NCBI GenBank assembly: GCA_951406725.2
Contig: OX597826.1
Span: 71,734,001-71,798,000 of the forward strand
Source of the DNA: Octopus vulgaris
Taxonomy: Eukaryota
Direction of reading: 5' to 3'
Length of the DNA: 64,000 nucleotides
Shown here: positions 1-11,885 of the stretch, piece after piece
How positions within the stretch are numbered: position 1 is the stretch's first letter
Layout: every line of letters begins with the position of its first letter
The notes under the pieces: model-generated
Seen by the model: only the letters and a program-made list of their open reading frames with translations
Database searches by the model: none
What the model was told of the DNA's origin: nothing
Made by a program: the position numbers and the translations under genes

Positions 1-76
1 TGTGTAGCGTTGCATTAAAATATTTATTAATTCCATCCAAGGATTATCATTATTATTACTACATATATATATATCG

Positions 77-920
77 AAGACATTAAAAATAAGAACGGAG
101 AATTATATATACTATTGGGTTGTCCGGAAAGTTCGTGCCAATTTTTAGAGGAAAGAAAAAGGTCAATAAATACTTGCCATTAGATCTTTAACCAACCAAA
201 TATGAACCATTTTGTTGCACAATGCATCTCCATCTTTCCTTTGACTTGAAAATACCCTCTTCCCAGAATTCATCATCCAAGGAATTGAAATTTTTACCAT
301 TAAGACTATTCTGCAGAGACCTGGATAAATGGAAATCCGAAGGAGCAATATCTGGTGAATATGGAGGGTGGGGGTAACATATCCCAGCCGAGCTGCAGCA
401 ATTTTTGTCTGGTTTCCAAAGCATCAAAGCCGAAAATAAACTTTCTTATCTTCCATTTTAAAGGGTTACAAAATTAACACAGGTTATAGGAACATAAACC
501 TTCCTCCATGAAAAGATAGCTTAAACTGTGCTCTAAATGGAGGTGTAGTCAAATCCTATTTCAGGGACTCAACCATGTTCTAAAATAAGTCGAAAGGTAA
601 GCTACTATTAATCGGCACAAACTTTCCAGAAAACCCAATACATTCACTTTAAATCTCTGTCTGGCACGTGTTTCTACTGCATAGATATCCTAAGATGTGG
701 CATTCAATTGCATCCTGTTGGTTCCATTGCATTATAAGTTCATCCAGGGTATATGTATCCATGCAGTTTTATTGAAGGTGTTACCACTAGGAGTATTTGA
801 AGTGAACTTGTGAAGAATCACATGTTGTGCAGAGATTTAAAATGAATGTGTTGTATATAATACTGCAATAAACAAGCTTTCGAGAATGTATACTTCTCCA
901 GTCTTATTTTTAATGTCTTG
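77..920. repeat. Fold-back dispersed repeat interrupted by the mariner; second partial copy at 39736-39960
   Basis: AAGACATTAAAAATAAGA at 77 is inverted at ~902-920, and 641-659 is inverted at ~830-848. The body is nearly identical to 39736-39960. Confidence 0.7.
115..638 (-). mobile_element. Internally deleted mariner DNA transposon
   Basis: TIRs TTGGGTTGTCCGGAAAGTTCGTGCC / GGCACAAACTTTCCAGAAAACCCAA with flanking TA (113-114, 639-640). Minus-strand HPPYSPDIAPSDFHL motif. Confidence 0.9.
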
Positions 921-1138
921 AATATACACTCTGTATATTGTATAAAATCCAAAGAAGCAGACTTAGGATTTACCCATCAGGTGAAATATTGTGTGATTGT
1001 TTACCTTAAACAATTTCCCATTGTTCATTACCATTTGATGTGGTTAACCAGAACCTAGATTATACTAGAGTGCTTGTAAGGTACCTGCCTGGATTCAAAA
1101 TCCATATTCCTTTACATTTCATATATATATATATATGT

Positions 1139-1446
1139 GTGGAGGCACATGGCTGAGTGGTTAGAGAAGCAGACTTGCAGTTGAGGGATCGCGGGTTCGA
1201 ATCTCAGACCAGGTGATGTGTGTGTTTATGAGCGAAACACCTAAGCTCCACGTGGCACTGGCAGAAGGTAATGGCGAACTTCTGCTGACTCTTTCGCCAC
1301 AAATTTCTCTCACTCTTTCCTCCTGCATCTTCCAGCTCACCTGCGATGGACTGACGTCCTGTCCAGGTGGGGAGCCTATACACCAAGGAAACCAGGAAAC
1401 TGGCCCTATGAGCCAGGGATGGCTTGAGAAGGAACAAACAAACAAA
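1139..1446 (+). mobile_element. tRNA-derived SINE with V-domain-like core (family D); 3' fragment also at 4745-4870
   Basis: A box TGGCTGAGTGG, B box GGTTCGAATC, core CCTGCGATGGACTGACGTCCTGTCCAGG, (ACAA)n tail. Confidence 0.8.
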
Positions 1447-1450
1447 TATA

Positions 1451-1830
1451 TAGGTGGTGTGGCTGTGTGGTAAGAAGTTTGCTTCCCAACCACATGGTTC
1501 CAAGTTCAGTTCCACTACTTGGCACCCTGGGCAAGTGTCTTCTACAATAGTCTTGGGCCAACCAAAGCCTTGTGAGTGGATTTGGTAGATGGAAACTGAA
1601 AGTAGCCGATCATGTGTTTGTGTGTGTGTGTATGTCCCCTGCCATCACTTGACAGCTGATATTGGTGTGTTTACATACTGGTAACTTAGCAGTGCAACAA
1701 AAGAGAATGATAGAATAAATACCAGGCCTAAAAAAAAAGGATAAGTACAGGGGTCAATTCATTCAACTAAAAGTTCTTCAAAGCAGTGCCCCAGCATGGC
1801 CACAATCAAATGACTGAAACAAGTAAAAGA
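1451..1830 (+). mobile_element. tRNA-derived CORE-like SINE (family A)
   Basis: Head GTGGCTGTGTGGTAAG...GTTCAGT, core GGCACCYTGGGCAAGTGTCTT, internal (TG)n, tail GACTGAAACAAGTAAAAGA. More than 15 copies in the window. Confidence 0.85.
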
Positions 1831-2487
1831 TAATACACACACACACTTACATGTATAAATATAAACAATTGTTGAGAAATAAATATAACAAAACAAGGTT
1901 AAAACAAATAACAATATAAATATATATTTCTGTTTTTGTAATATTTTACAATTTTCAAAGCAATTTCCAAAAATATCTCATTTCCTTTGGTCTTGAAAAG
2001 ACTATATACAGATTAGGTGAAAACCTTTTCTTCATTTCTCCTTCGTTAAGGTAAACAACACAGAGGTGAAGTAAACAGGTGTTATGTTGGGGTATCTTTT
2101 GAAGCACAATAGTGACTGGTTGTCGTTGTTATCATCATCGTTTAGCACCTGTATTCCATGCAGGTATGGGTTGGACCATCTGATAAGATCCAACCGGCGG
2201 GAGGGCCACGTTGAGCTCCAATGTCTGTTTTGACATGGTTTCTACAGCTCAATGTTCTTTCTAATGCCATCCACTTTATAGAGTGTCCAGGGTGCTTTCT
2301 CATGTAACTGGCACTAATGAGGTCACCGAATAACTCTCAAAACAAGACCCCTTGATTGAAATGGTGTAGAATTGAATGAGGTGGCACTGTGCCAGATACG
2401 TAAGTAAAGCCTCCTTTCTAAGACAAATCTTAGGATCTATCTTAAAACTGAATTGTTGCACATTGGTGGCATCATCATCATCATCTC

Positions 2488-2815
2488 CACCCGTCTAACA
2501 CCCGTGGACATATTTACAAAGTCAGAAAACAGCACAGCTCCCATGACTTTAGGAAACATTTTTTCACGCTGAGAGTTGCTGAAGCATGGAACAAACTGCC
2601 GGCATCAGTTGTTAGTTGTCGGAGCACTGCACCCTTCAAAACTTCCATGCTTCCTGAGATTCGCCAACACTACACCTGATTTTCTCCCCTCCATACACAC
2701 ACACAAGCATGTATCTGACTCATACATTGTTTGCTTTCCAGACTTTATACGCACTTTCTGACAAGTTGTGGTGCACCTGAGCAATGTATACAATAATTTC
2801 ATTATTATTATTATC
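2488..2815 (+). mobile_element. CR1-type LINE 3' end fragment; similar fragment at ~4440-4745
   Basis: Encodes LSNTRGHIYKVRKQHSSHDFRKHFFTLRVAEAWNKLP (TRGH...FF..RV...WN.LP, typical CR1-group ORF2 end) followed by an (ATT)n tail. Confidence 0.8.
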
Positions 2816-3471
2816 ATCATCAACTATATTCTGCACAGCTATCATAGCTATCATATGACAGATATTTCTGCACATGTCTGTTGGGGAAGGACACCTCAGG
2901 TCCCAGCAGAGAGTGCCTTGGTCAGCTAATTGCCTATTTGCTTACTATACCCTAAAAAGGCCCTTCTCCTGACAGACTAGGAATATAAAGAGAGATACTA
3001 GTTCATTTCTATAAAACTCCCTACCATATTACATAGTTTTCACAGACGTATCAACACTCCCTGACTTCCCTGTGGACTAGAACAGCAGTAACCCTTATCT
3101 GCACAATCAGAGAATATGAAAGACACAAGCAAATGTAGGGAAGCGAGGATCCCATTTAGTCTGAATTAAGACAGAGCAAATACAAAACCATTTCTATAAA
3201 ATCCCTTCCATGCCCTGTATATGCCATGGAGATATTCCACACACTCTGGCTACCCCTATAGACGTGTATGGAGGCAATCCTTTATATCAGGTTGTTTGCT
3301 CCTTCTCAAGCCACGTCTGGCTCACAAGGCCCCGGAAGGATGAAAGACAAATCTAACCATGGCACAATTTGAAAAATTAGAATTTAAAGAGACATAACTG
3401 AATACTATTGAACATTTGTTTGATGTGCCACGGCTCTACCTGAACACCACCCTGCAACAATCACCCTCACC

Positions 3472-3877
3472 TTATGATTTTGAAAATATGTCTGATGTAA
3501 TTGTAGATCTCTTTCGAAAGGTATGCCATGCTGCAGCAAAATCTTTCAGTTGGTCACCACTGAGGGTCCATTGGCTGTGAAGTTTCTTCCTCTTAGCCTC
3601 CCACTCATACCTCATCTTCTTCAAAGCACTTGGCATCATCTCTCGCGGTTCATTTGCATGATGACCCCCTTGTGAGGCAGACCCCTCGTTGAGTTCATCT
3701 TTGTTGTCCTGGCTGAATTTCAACAAGACCTCACTCGTGGCCTGAAGTTGGTGATGAAGGGTCTGTAAGAAGTTGACAACTTCATGTTTATCTCGGTCAG
3801 TTTGAGGCAGGATGAGGACATCGTCAGGTAGTCTGCTGTAGAGGAAGTGAAGGACAGGCAGGATGGAGGACTCCTTG
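3472..3877 (-). CDS. FANCB: FANCB last coding exon (exon 8)
   Basis: ctgtccattgcag| acceptor with phase-2 entry. HKESSILPVLHFLYSRLPDDVLI...KKMRYEWEAKRKKLHSQWTLSG resembles the FANCB C-terminus (QCLHNLIRILP...YRKELQREKKKM...VSG). TAA at 3472-3474; total CDS 863 aa. Confidence 0.8.
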
Positions 3878-5074
3878 CTGCAATGGACAGAAATAATTGA
3901 AAGAAAGGCAAGAAAGAAGTGGTAAGAATATGAGAGAGAGAGAGAGAGAGAGCTTAGGAAATGAATGTTGTGAGAAACATAGCAAAAATGGTGAAAAGAG
4001 AGAAAGAAACAAAGAGATAGAAAGAGAGAGTGTGTGTGTGGGAAAGTGTATGTGTGTGTGTGTGAGAGAGAGAAACAAAAGGAAAAAGAAAGAAATGGAA
4101 GAATACACTATATGATCTCACACACATACAAGTACAAATACGTATAGAACATTCTACCCAGTTGACATACACACTACATTACCACTCAACATGTATCATC
4201 CAACCAGTCAACACCACATGTTGACTATGACAGCACAACTGGCTGTTCTTATATACATTAGTCAAAATTGTTAATGTCCTTAACAGATACAAATGACTTT
4301 TCTATAACATTAGTTGATGTAGTCAATGTCTTCACAGCTTGCAGAAGCAAACAAGAGATTCCCGTAGACAGACTAAGCCAGTGACAAAGAAAAAAAAAAT
4401 GGAAAAGATATAAATGTTTCACATGTGTACACAGCAGGGTCCTCCATAAGGCATTCGCCATATTCTGAACGCCTTACTTCCCTGGGGCATGGATACATTG
4501 AAACTCCGACGACTGGCAGCTGACTTGGCAGAGACCCATAAAATTATTAACCATCTTACAAACAATAACTCTGAGCACCTTTTCAAACTCCACCTGTCTA
4601 ACACCCGTGGACATGTTTACAAAGTCAGAAAACAGCATCATCTATTCTATTTACTCTGCATATTTCATGCTAAGAGTTGCTGAAGCATGGAACAAACTGC
4701 CAGCATCGGTTGCTAGTTGACGAAGCACAGCATCCTTCAAAACTTTCCTCCTGCATCTTGCAGCTCACCTGCGACGGACCAGCATCCTGTCCAGGTGGGG
4801 AACCTATATGCCAAGGAAACCAGGAAACTGGCCCTTATGAGCCAGGCATGGCTCGAAAAGGAACAAACAAGAATGATATTGTAGGGTAGGTGTGAGAGAT
4901 CGGATCTGCTCAGTTTTAACATAAAACAGAGAATATTTGGGCTGGATTAAATGCTAAAGGGTTAAATCAATAACTTCCTTGACCTCTACAGCTGGATAAG
5001 TCAAACTTACTCTCCTCTCTCTCTCTGGAAATCAAATATACTTTCATATAATCCTTTGCAGTATCTATATTTGG

Positions 5075-5530
5075 TTTACAGCCAACAAACTGTTCCTTTA
5101 TTGAAATATTATTGAAATATACTAAAAATAGTATTGGAAGTAAGAACTGCTCCAAATGACCTATATCTGGCATTCAGTCTAAAATAAGGTTAAAAATATT
5201 TGATTTCTTTAGCTCGGTTTCAGATATTTACTTGAACAGCTTTTACCAACAAATTGATTATTTTGTTCCAAACGTCTCTTTTTTTATTTTTATTTAAAAA
5301 ATTTTTTTTGGTTACAAGTATATGTGAGTTCCTTTATACACAATCCAACATAAATGTTTATTCATTGTCAGATCAAATATTCCATGTAGCTGAACAAGAT
5401 CTAAAAATGCCCATTGTATAGTATAAATAATGCGTTTGAAGATTTTTCTGAAAGCCAAATTCTTATCAGCAAAATAAAACGATGCTCTTTAAACATCTGG
5501 AAACTTTTACACTACACTGATGCTCTCATT
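5075..5530 (-). mobile_element. hAT-type transposase fossil (DUF4371-like region)
   Basis: Broken reading NLAFR..SSNALF..NGHFLDLVQL..FD / NKIINLL...KEIKYF.LILD*MPDIGHLEQ...IKEQFVG, typical of ZMYM1-like hAT transposases; contains stops and frameshifts. Confidence 0.75.
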
Positions 5531-5780
5531 ATTTTTGTACATGTGACTGCATCTCCTTAACTTTATCATTCACCATCATCATTTTAACATCTGCTTTTCA
5601 ATGCTTGCATGGGTTGGATTGAATCTATTAAAGCAGATTTTTCTACAGCCAGATGTTCTTCCTGTTTTCAAGCAAGGGAATATTTCTGCATGCTCTCACA
5701 GAATACTGGAAATGAATAGTATTACTTGAAAATCATCACATGATGTCAAAACAAGGAAACACACACACACACACACACCT

Positions 5781-6142
5781 ATTCTTTTACTCTTTTACTT
5801 GTTTCAGTCAGTTGACTGCGGCCATGCTGGAGCACCGCCTTTAGTCAAGCAACTCGACCCCAGGACTTATTCTTTTGTAAGCCCAGTACTTATTCTATCG
5901 GTCTCTTTTGCGGAACCGCTAAGTAACAGGGACATAAACACACCAGCATCGGTTGTCAAGCAATGCTAGGGGACAAACACAGACACACAGACACACACAC
6001 AGTTTCCGTCTACCAAATCCACTCACAAGGCTTTGGTCGGCCCGAGGCTATAGTAGAAGACACTTGCCCAAGGTGCCACGCAGTGGGACTGAACCCAGAA
6101 CCATGTGGTTGGTAGACAAGCTACTTACCACACAGCCACTCC
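5781..6142 (-). mobile_element. Family A SINE
   Basis: Reverse-complement match to 13540-13920 and 35508-35915. Confidence 0.85.
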
Positions 6143-6171
6143 ATATATATATGATGGGCTTCTCTTAGTTT

Positions 6172-6406
6172 CTTATTTCTTTACTGCCCACAAAAGGCTA
6201 GACACAGAGGGGACAAACAAGGACTGACAAAGGGATTGAGCCGATTACATCGACACCAGTGCATAACTGGTACTTAATTTATCGACCCAGAAAGGATGAA
6301 AGGCAAAGTCGACCTCGGCAGAATTTGAACTCAGAATGTAACGGCAGATGAAATACCAGCTAAGCATTTCGCCCGACGTGCTAATGTTTCTGCCAGCTCG
6401 CCGCCT
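6172..6406 (-). mobile_element. tRNA-derived Nin/Deu-domain-like SINE (family B), monomer
   Basis: Head GGCGGCGAGCTGGCAGAA...GAGTTCAAATTC and core GCCTTTCATCCTTTC.GGGTCGATAAA..AAGTACCAG. Confidence 0.8.
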
Positions 6407-6629
6407 TTTCTTAGTTTCTGTCTACCAAATCCATTCACAAGACTTTTATCAGCCTAAGGCTATAACTGGAGACACTTGCCCACGGTGCCATGCAGTGGGA
6501 CTGAACCTGAAACTATGTAGTTGGGCAGCAAACTTCTTACCGCACAGCCAATCTTGCATCTTAACAACAGTTTTATTAATCGGCAGCCATAATGATATCT
6601 CAGCCCTTGTTTTTTTTTTTTTTCCGGAA

Positions 6630-6880
6630 ATTTCAGATGATGTATGGAATGTTTATGCGATTGTAAATATTCATGAACATGCCTGCAGTCATTAATTCCA
6701 GATTTTTCTTTTTGCACCGAAAGCAATAAATCTCATTTGTGTTTTCTGAATAAACAAACCGCCTTCTAAGAAAAATTTCACTGTTGATAATTTTCCTATA
6801 CATCACTGTCAGCAGCGAAGAACTATGTTTATTTGCCTCTTTCGGAAAGTTGCACTGGTTGTTCTTAACATAACTACTTT
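6630..6880 (-). mobile_element. hAT transposase fossil, N-terminal TTF-type zinc finger part
   Basis: YRKIINSEIFLRRRFVYSENTNEIYCFRCK and GINDCRHVHEYLQSHKHSIHH. Probably continuous with 5075-5530 before the SINE insertions. Confidence 0.7.
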
Positions 6881-6907
6881 AAGCCTCTGTAATATCCCCA
6901 CCACCTG

Positions 6908-7506
6908 TTTCTTTACAACCCACAAGTGGCTAAACGCAGAGAGGACAAACAAGGACAGACAAATGGATTAAGTCGATTATATCGATCCCAGTGCATAACT
7001 GGTACTTATTTAATCGATCCCGAAAGAATGAAAGGCAAAGTCGACCTCAGCGGAATTTGAACTCAGAACATAGCAGCAGATGAAATACCTATTTCTTTAC
7101 TACCCACAAGGGGTTAAAAACAGAGAGGACAAACAAGGACAGACAAATGGATTAAGTCGATTATATCGACCCCAGTGTGTAACTGGTACTTATTTAATCG
7201 ACCCTGAAAAGATGAAAGGCAAAGTCGAACTCGGCGGAATTTGAACTCAGAAAGTAGCGGCAGACAAAATACCTATTTCTTTACTACCCACAAGGGGCTA
7301 AACACAGAGAGGACAAACAAGGACAGACAAAGGGATTAAGTCGATTATATCGACCACAGTGCATAAATGGTACTTATTTAATCGATCCTGAAAAGATGAA
7401 AGGCAAAGTCGAGCTCAGTGGAATTGGAACTCAGAATGTAGCGGCAGACGAAATACCGTTAAGCATTTCGCCCGGCGTGCAAACGTTTCTGCCAGTTCGC
7501 TGCCTT
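6908..7506 (-). repeat. Family B SINE tandem trimer (184-bp period)
   Basis: Three units; junction AATACCTATTTCTTTAC at ~7084 and ~7268; only the 5'-most unit has the full head. Confidence 0.9.
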
Positions 7507-7677
7507 AATATCCCTACCACCATCATCATGAACCCTGGATAGCTGTAAGCCTCCATGATGTTATCTTCACATCACAATACCCACCACTACCACTATGGAG
7601 ATGAGATAACTCCAAATGTCTATACATCACTTTGAAGTCCATCCTCACCTCCAAGACTCCCACTGACATTGTTTTTT

Positions 7678-8765
7678 TTAACCCTTTAGCATTTAAAACG
7701 GTCATATCAGTCAAAAATATTCTTATTTCTTTATTGCCCACATGGGGCTAAACATAGAGGGGACAAGCAAGGACAGACAAAGGGATTAAGTCGATTACAT
7801 CGACCTCAGCATGTAACTGGTACTTAATTTATCGACCCCGAGAAGATGAAAGGCAAAGTTGACCTCGGTGGAATTTGAGCTCAGAACGTAGCGGCAGACA
7901 AAATACCGCTCAGCATTTCGCCCGCCATGCTAACAATTCTGCCAGCTCGCCGCCTTTTCTTATCAGTCAAAAATATTCTACCTGTTTTATGTTATTAAAA
8001 CTGAACAGATCCAGCCTCTCACACCTACCCTACAATGTCCTTCTAGAAAAATACAAACATACCAATAAAATCTTGAAACTGCAACATAATGTATGATTAA
8101 TTCAAAACCATGTGAATAAATAAGAATTACATTTGACATGGTAATTTCAATGCCGAAGGACTAAGCCAGCCATATCAAATCCAATATTCTACCAGTTTTA
8201 TGTTCAAACTGGCTAGATCCATCCTATCACACTTACCCAACAATGCCACCCTAAATATAAATGGTCACATCATCAAAGTCTCAAAGCTACAAAATAATGC
8301 ATGATTAATTCAAAACTATGTGAATAAACAAGCATTACATTTGACAGAGTAATCTAAATGCTGAAGGATTAACAAGCTATAAGCCTCTATGTTCCTATTT
8401 ACGCCACTGCAACCATGGTCCCAGGTTTGTTCAAACCCAGGGTTGTAGCACCCAGTTATAGGTCAAATAGCAGAAGATTGTCCTAAGGCTGGCTTCTACT
8501 GTGTGGGATTGCCCTGATGTCATATAAACCAGTCCTATGCCTAAGGTCTACCCCTTCAAGATTTAAATTGACCATATCTAGACAAGATATTTCACCCATT
8601 TTATGTTTAAATTGGCCAGATCCAACCTCTCACACCTACCATACAATGTCATTCTAGAATTACCCACATCATCAAAATCTCAAAGCTATGAGACAATGCA
8701 TGATTGATTCACAACAACGTGAACAAATAAGCATTACATTTGACAGAGTGATCTGAATGCGAGTA
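7678..8765 (+). mobile_element. Cluster of three piggyBac-like TTAA MITE copies; the first is interrupted by a family B SINE at 7724-7955
   Basis: Bodies match 37406-37624 (CTCTCACACCTACCCTACAATGTC...GCATGATTAATTCAAAAC...AAGCATTACATTTGACAG). Confidence 0.7.
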
Positions 8766-8862
8766 GGTCCAGTGCCTGAAGAGCAGGAAACAAGCCCGGT
8801 GAACTATAAATAAGCTGGCAGAAAGCAATAGGAAACCATTGCAGTGTCTTTCCCAATAAAAA

Positions 8863-9096
8863 TTATTTACATTTGATGGATATTTGTCCTCATCTTGTTT
8901 GTTGTTAACACAACGTTTTGGCTGATATACCCTCCATCCTTCATCAGGTGTCTTGGGGAAATTTCAAACCTGGGTTCTCATTCCTAACGTATTTTTTGAT
9001 GTTATTATTATCATTATTCAGGCCATTGCCTGGAATCAAACTCGGAATCTTGGGTTAGTAACCCGCTCTTAACCACTACACTATATGCTTGTGGGC
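8863..9096 (-). mobile_element. tRNA-headed element with hammerhead-ribozyme-like body (family H, copy 1)
   Basis: Minus strand: TAGTGTAGTGG (A box), GAGTTTGATTCC (B box), (AAT)n, then GACAC-CTGATGA-A-GGATG...CAGCC-AAAACGTT-GTGTT. Matches 32711-33120. Confidence 0.7.
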
Positions 9097-9301
9097 ATTA
9101 TAAATCTTCAGACTTGGGTACTGAGATTCAGGATCACCAATGCCTACAGGCATAGCACAAGAAGGCGCAATGAGTACCAATGACAAATGATATCATCAGC
9201 ACCAGCCAAGAAAGTGTCAGCTCTGGCATTTACCAAATTACAGGAAACACAAACCTATGTTATAAGTGACATGTATAATTATGTATGTGTATAAGTTGTC
9301 G

Positions 9302-9690
9302 CTCTTTACTCTTTAACTTGTTTCAGTCATGTGACTGTGGCCATGCTGGAGCACTGCCTTTAGACGAGCAAATCGACCCTAGGACTTATTCTTTGTAAGC
9401 CTAGTACTTATTCTATCAGTCTCTTTTGCCAAACCATTAAGTTACGGGGACGTAAACACACCAGCATCGGTTGTCAAGCGATGTTGTGGGGACAAACACA
9501 GACACACAAACATATACACACACATACACATATATATATACGACGGGCTTCTTTCAGTTTCCGTCTACCAAATCCACTCAAGGCTTTGGTCGGTCTGAGG
9601 CTATAGTAGAAGACACTTGTGCAAGGTGCCACACAGTGGGACTGAACCCAGAACCATGTGGTTCGTAAGCAAGCTACTTACCACACAGCC
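9302..9690 (-). mobile_element. Family A SINE
   Basis: Full-length reverse-complement copy. Confidence 0.85.
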
Positions 9691-11679
9691 AATCATGTGT
9701 ATATATCTATATATGTGTGTGTGTATATATATATATATATATCAATAAAGGCAGAGAGCTGGCAGAAGCGTTAGCATGCCAGACAAAATGCTTAGCAGTA
9801 TTTCGTCTGCCTTTACATTATGAGTTCAAATTCAGCCAAGTTTGAATTTGCCTTTCATTTTTACAGGGTTGCTAAAAAAGGTATCAGTTGATCTAGTCAA
9901 CTTGGTTCTCGCCCAACAATTGCTGGCTTTGTGTCAAAATTTGAAATCAATATACAAATCAATGAGGACAGCCTTTGCATTCAGTGATGACACTGTAATA
10001 TATTTATGTATATTACCTGAGGATGGGGTCTGTCATGAGCCCTAGAACTCAAAAGGCCAGAGATTAATTCAATTTCCATGGCATATAATTTGATTAAGGT
10101 TACAAACCCTCCAACCCACCCCGAATGAACTACCAGCCCATCTCAGGGTTAACTTCCCAGCTATTGCTGGAATTTACAGCTGGTTGAGTGAACTGGAGCA
10201 TTGTGAAATGAAGAGTTTTGCTCAAGAACACAACACACTGCCTGGTTTGGGAATTGAAACCGCAATCTTACACAATCACACTAACCACTAGGCCATGAGC
10301 CTTCACATTACCAAAGGTGGAGATTTGGTTAGCCATGCCTGTGGACATCTGGACAGCATGCAAAATAGAATTGTGGACATAAGCCAAGGTACCATAAAGT
10401 GTTGAAGTGGCAGCAAGCCAACAGAATCTTTAGCATGCCGGACATAAGGCTTAGCTGCATTTCATCTGTCCTTATGTTCTGAGTTCAAATTCTGCCAAGG
10501 TCAACTTTGTCTTTCATTTTTTCAGGGCCAATTAAGTACCAATTGATCATTGGGGTTCATGTAAACGACTTAACTATTCCTGGGTAAGAGCAAAAAAAAT
10601 AAAAGAAAGAAAAAAAAACTGCACCCCTTTGCCAAGCCATGTCGAGGCAATGTGGCACAGTGGGCTCATCAAACCAGTATAATCTCTTGGTGGAGAGAAC
10701 ATGCTGAGGCCTTTGTCCTGCAGTGGACTGGACATCGACGATCCAATCCAATCCAATGTAAAGTAGGTGATTGATGGAATCAAGTCATGCACAGTGAAAA
10801 TACTACTGCATTTGGCTGAGGTAACAGATGTTCTTAACTGCAGACAACAGATGTTCCTAACTGTAGTCAACTGATTGCTGTTGTCCATTATGTCAAGGTT
10901 AAACATATCATGGAATATATTCTATTTTGTGAATCTATAAAAAAATAACAACAAAATCAGAATCCAAATTTAATTTGGGAAAAAGATTTGATTGAAAAAT
11001 TTCAAAATCTCACAGAAAAGTCCTCTAAGTAATTCTTCCTCTTGTGACTAAATATCTTTGAGAAGTAGTTTATATTCCTATTTCATAAGAAGACAAAATT
11101 TAGAAACTGGTTGGACAATGATTATGACAAATGAATTAATCCCAGTACCAAAATAACACACATCTCACAATTAATTAAGTAAAAGCCACAGCAGTATTCC
11201 ATCCATCTTCATTGTCCACCATTCCTGGGAGGTGATGAGGATAGTTTCCTCAGGCACCTCCTCCACAGGGCCTTACAAGAAAAAAACTCTCCCAACACTT
11301 TCTGGCTGGATTCCCAAGCATGAACAACTAAGACTACGGATATTATCCAATCATCTCGCTTGTGGTCTACCCCAGGGTTTCCTACACTTGGGTCAGCTTG
11401 GAATGATTCTTGCTGGTGACATGTAAAAAGGCACCCAATACACTCTATGGAGTGGTTGGCATTAGGAAAGGCATCCAGCTATAGAAACCAAGCCAAAACA
11501 GATTAAAGCCTGGAACATCTCTCTCAGGCTTATCCAGCCCCAGTCATACCATGTTTCCAGCTAGCATGGAAAAAGGACACTAAATGATGATGATGATTAT
11601 AATCCCATGTCCATAGAAGTGGAACTGTGACCTTTCAATGCAGAAATATATTGGCTCAACCTTACTTACTTATACTTGT

Positions 11680-11885
11680 GTTGGCGTTCACCCAGGGCGT
11701 GTTGAGCCAGCTTCTTCTCTGTTTTTAACGGCATCACGAACCATGGTGGCCCACGCTCGATGGTCCTGTGCGAGGTCACTGGAAATAGCAAGCCATTCGC
11801 GGTTCCATCTGCACAGACCGACCACCCGCGGACCTGAGGGTTCAGGGAGGTCCTCCTTTATCGTGAATTGGCTCAACCAGGTGAG
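11680..11885 (-). mobile_element. RTE-type LINE 3' end fragment
   Basis: TWLSQFTIKEDL...RWNREWLAISSDLAQDHRAWATMVRD (LAQDR..W motif) followed by a short-repeat tail. Confidence 0.75.

Noticed and set aside
1139-1215. tRNA-like sequences here and at 48121, 13540 and 9030-9096
   Set aside because: They are SINE heads continuing into repeat bodies; no complete cloverleaf was evident.
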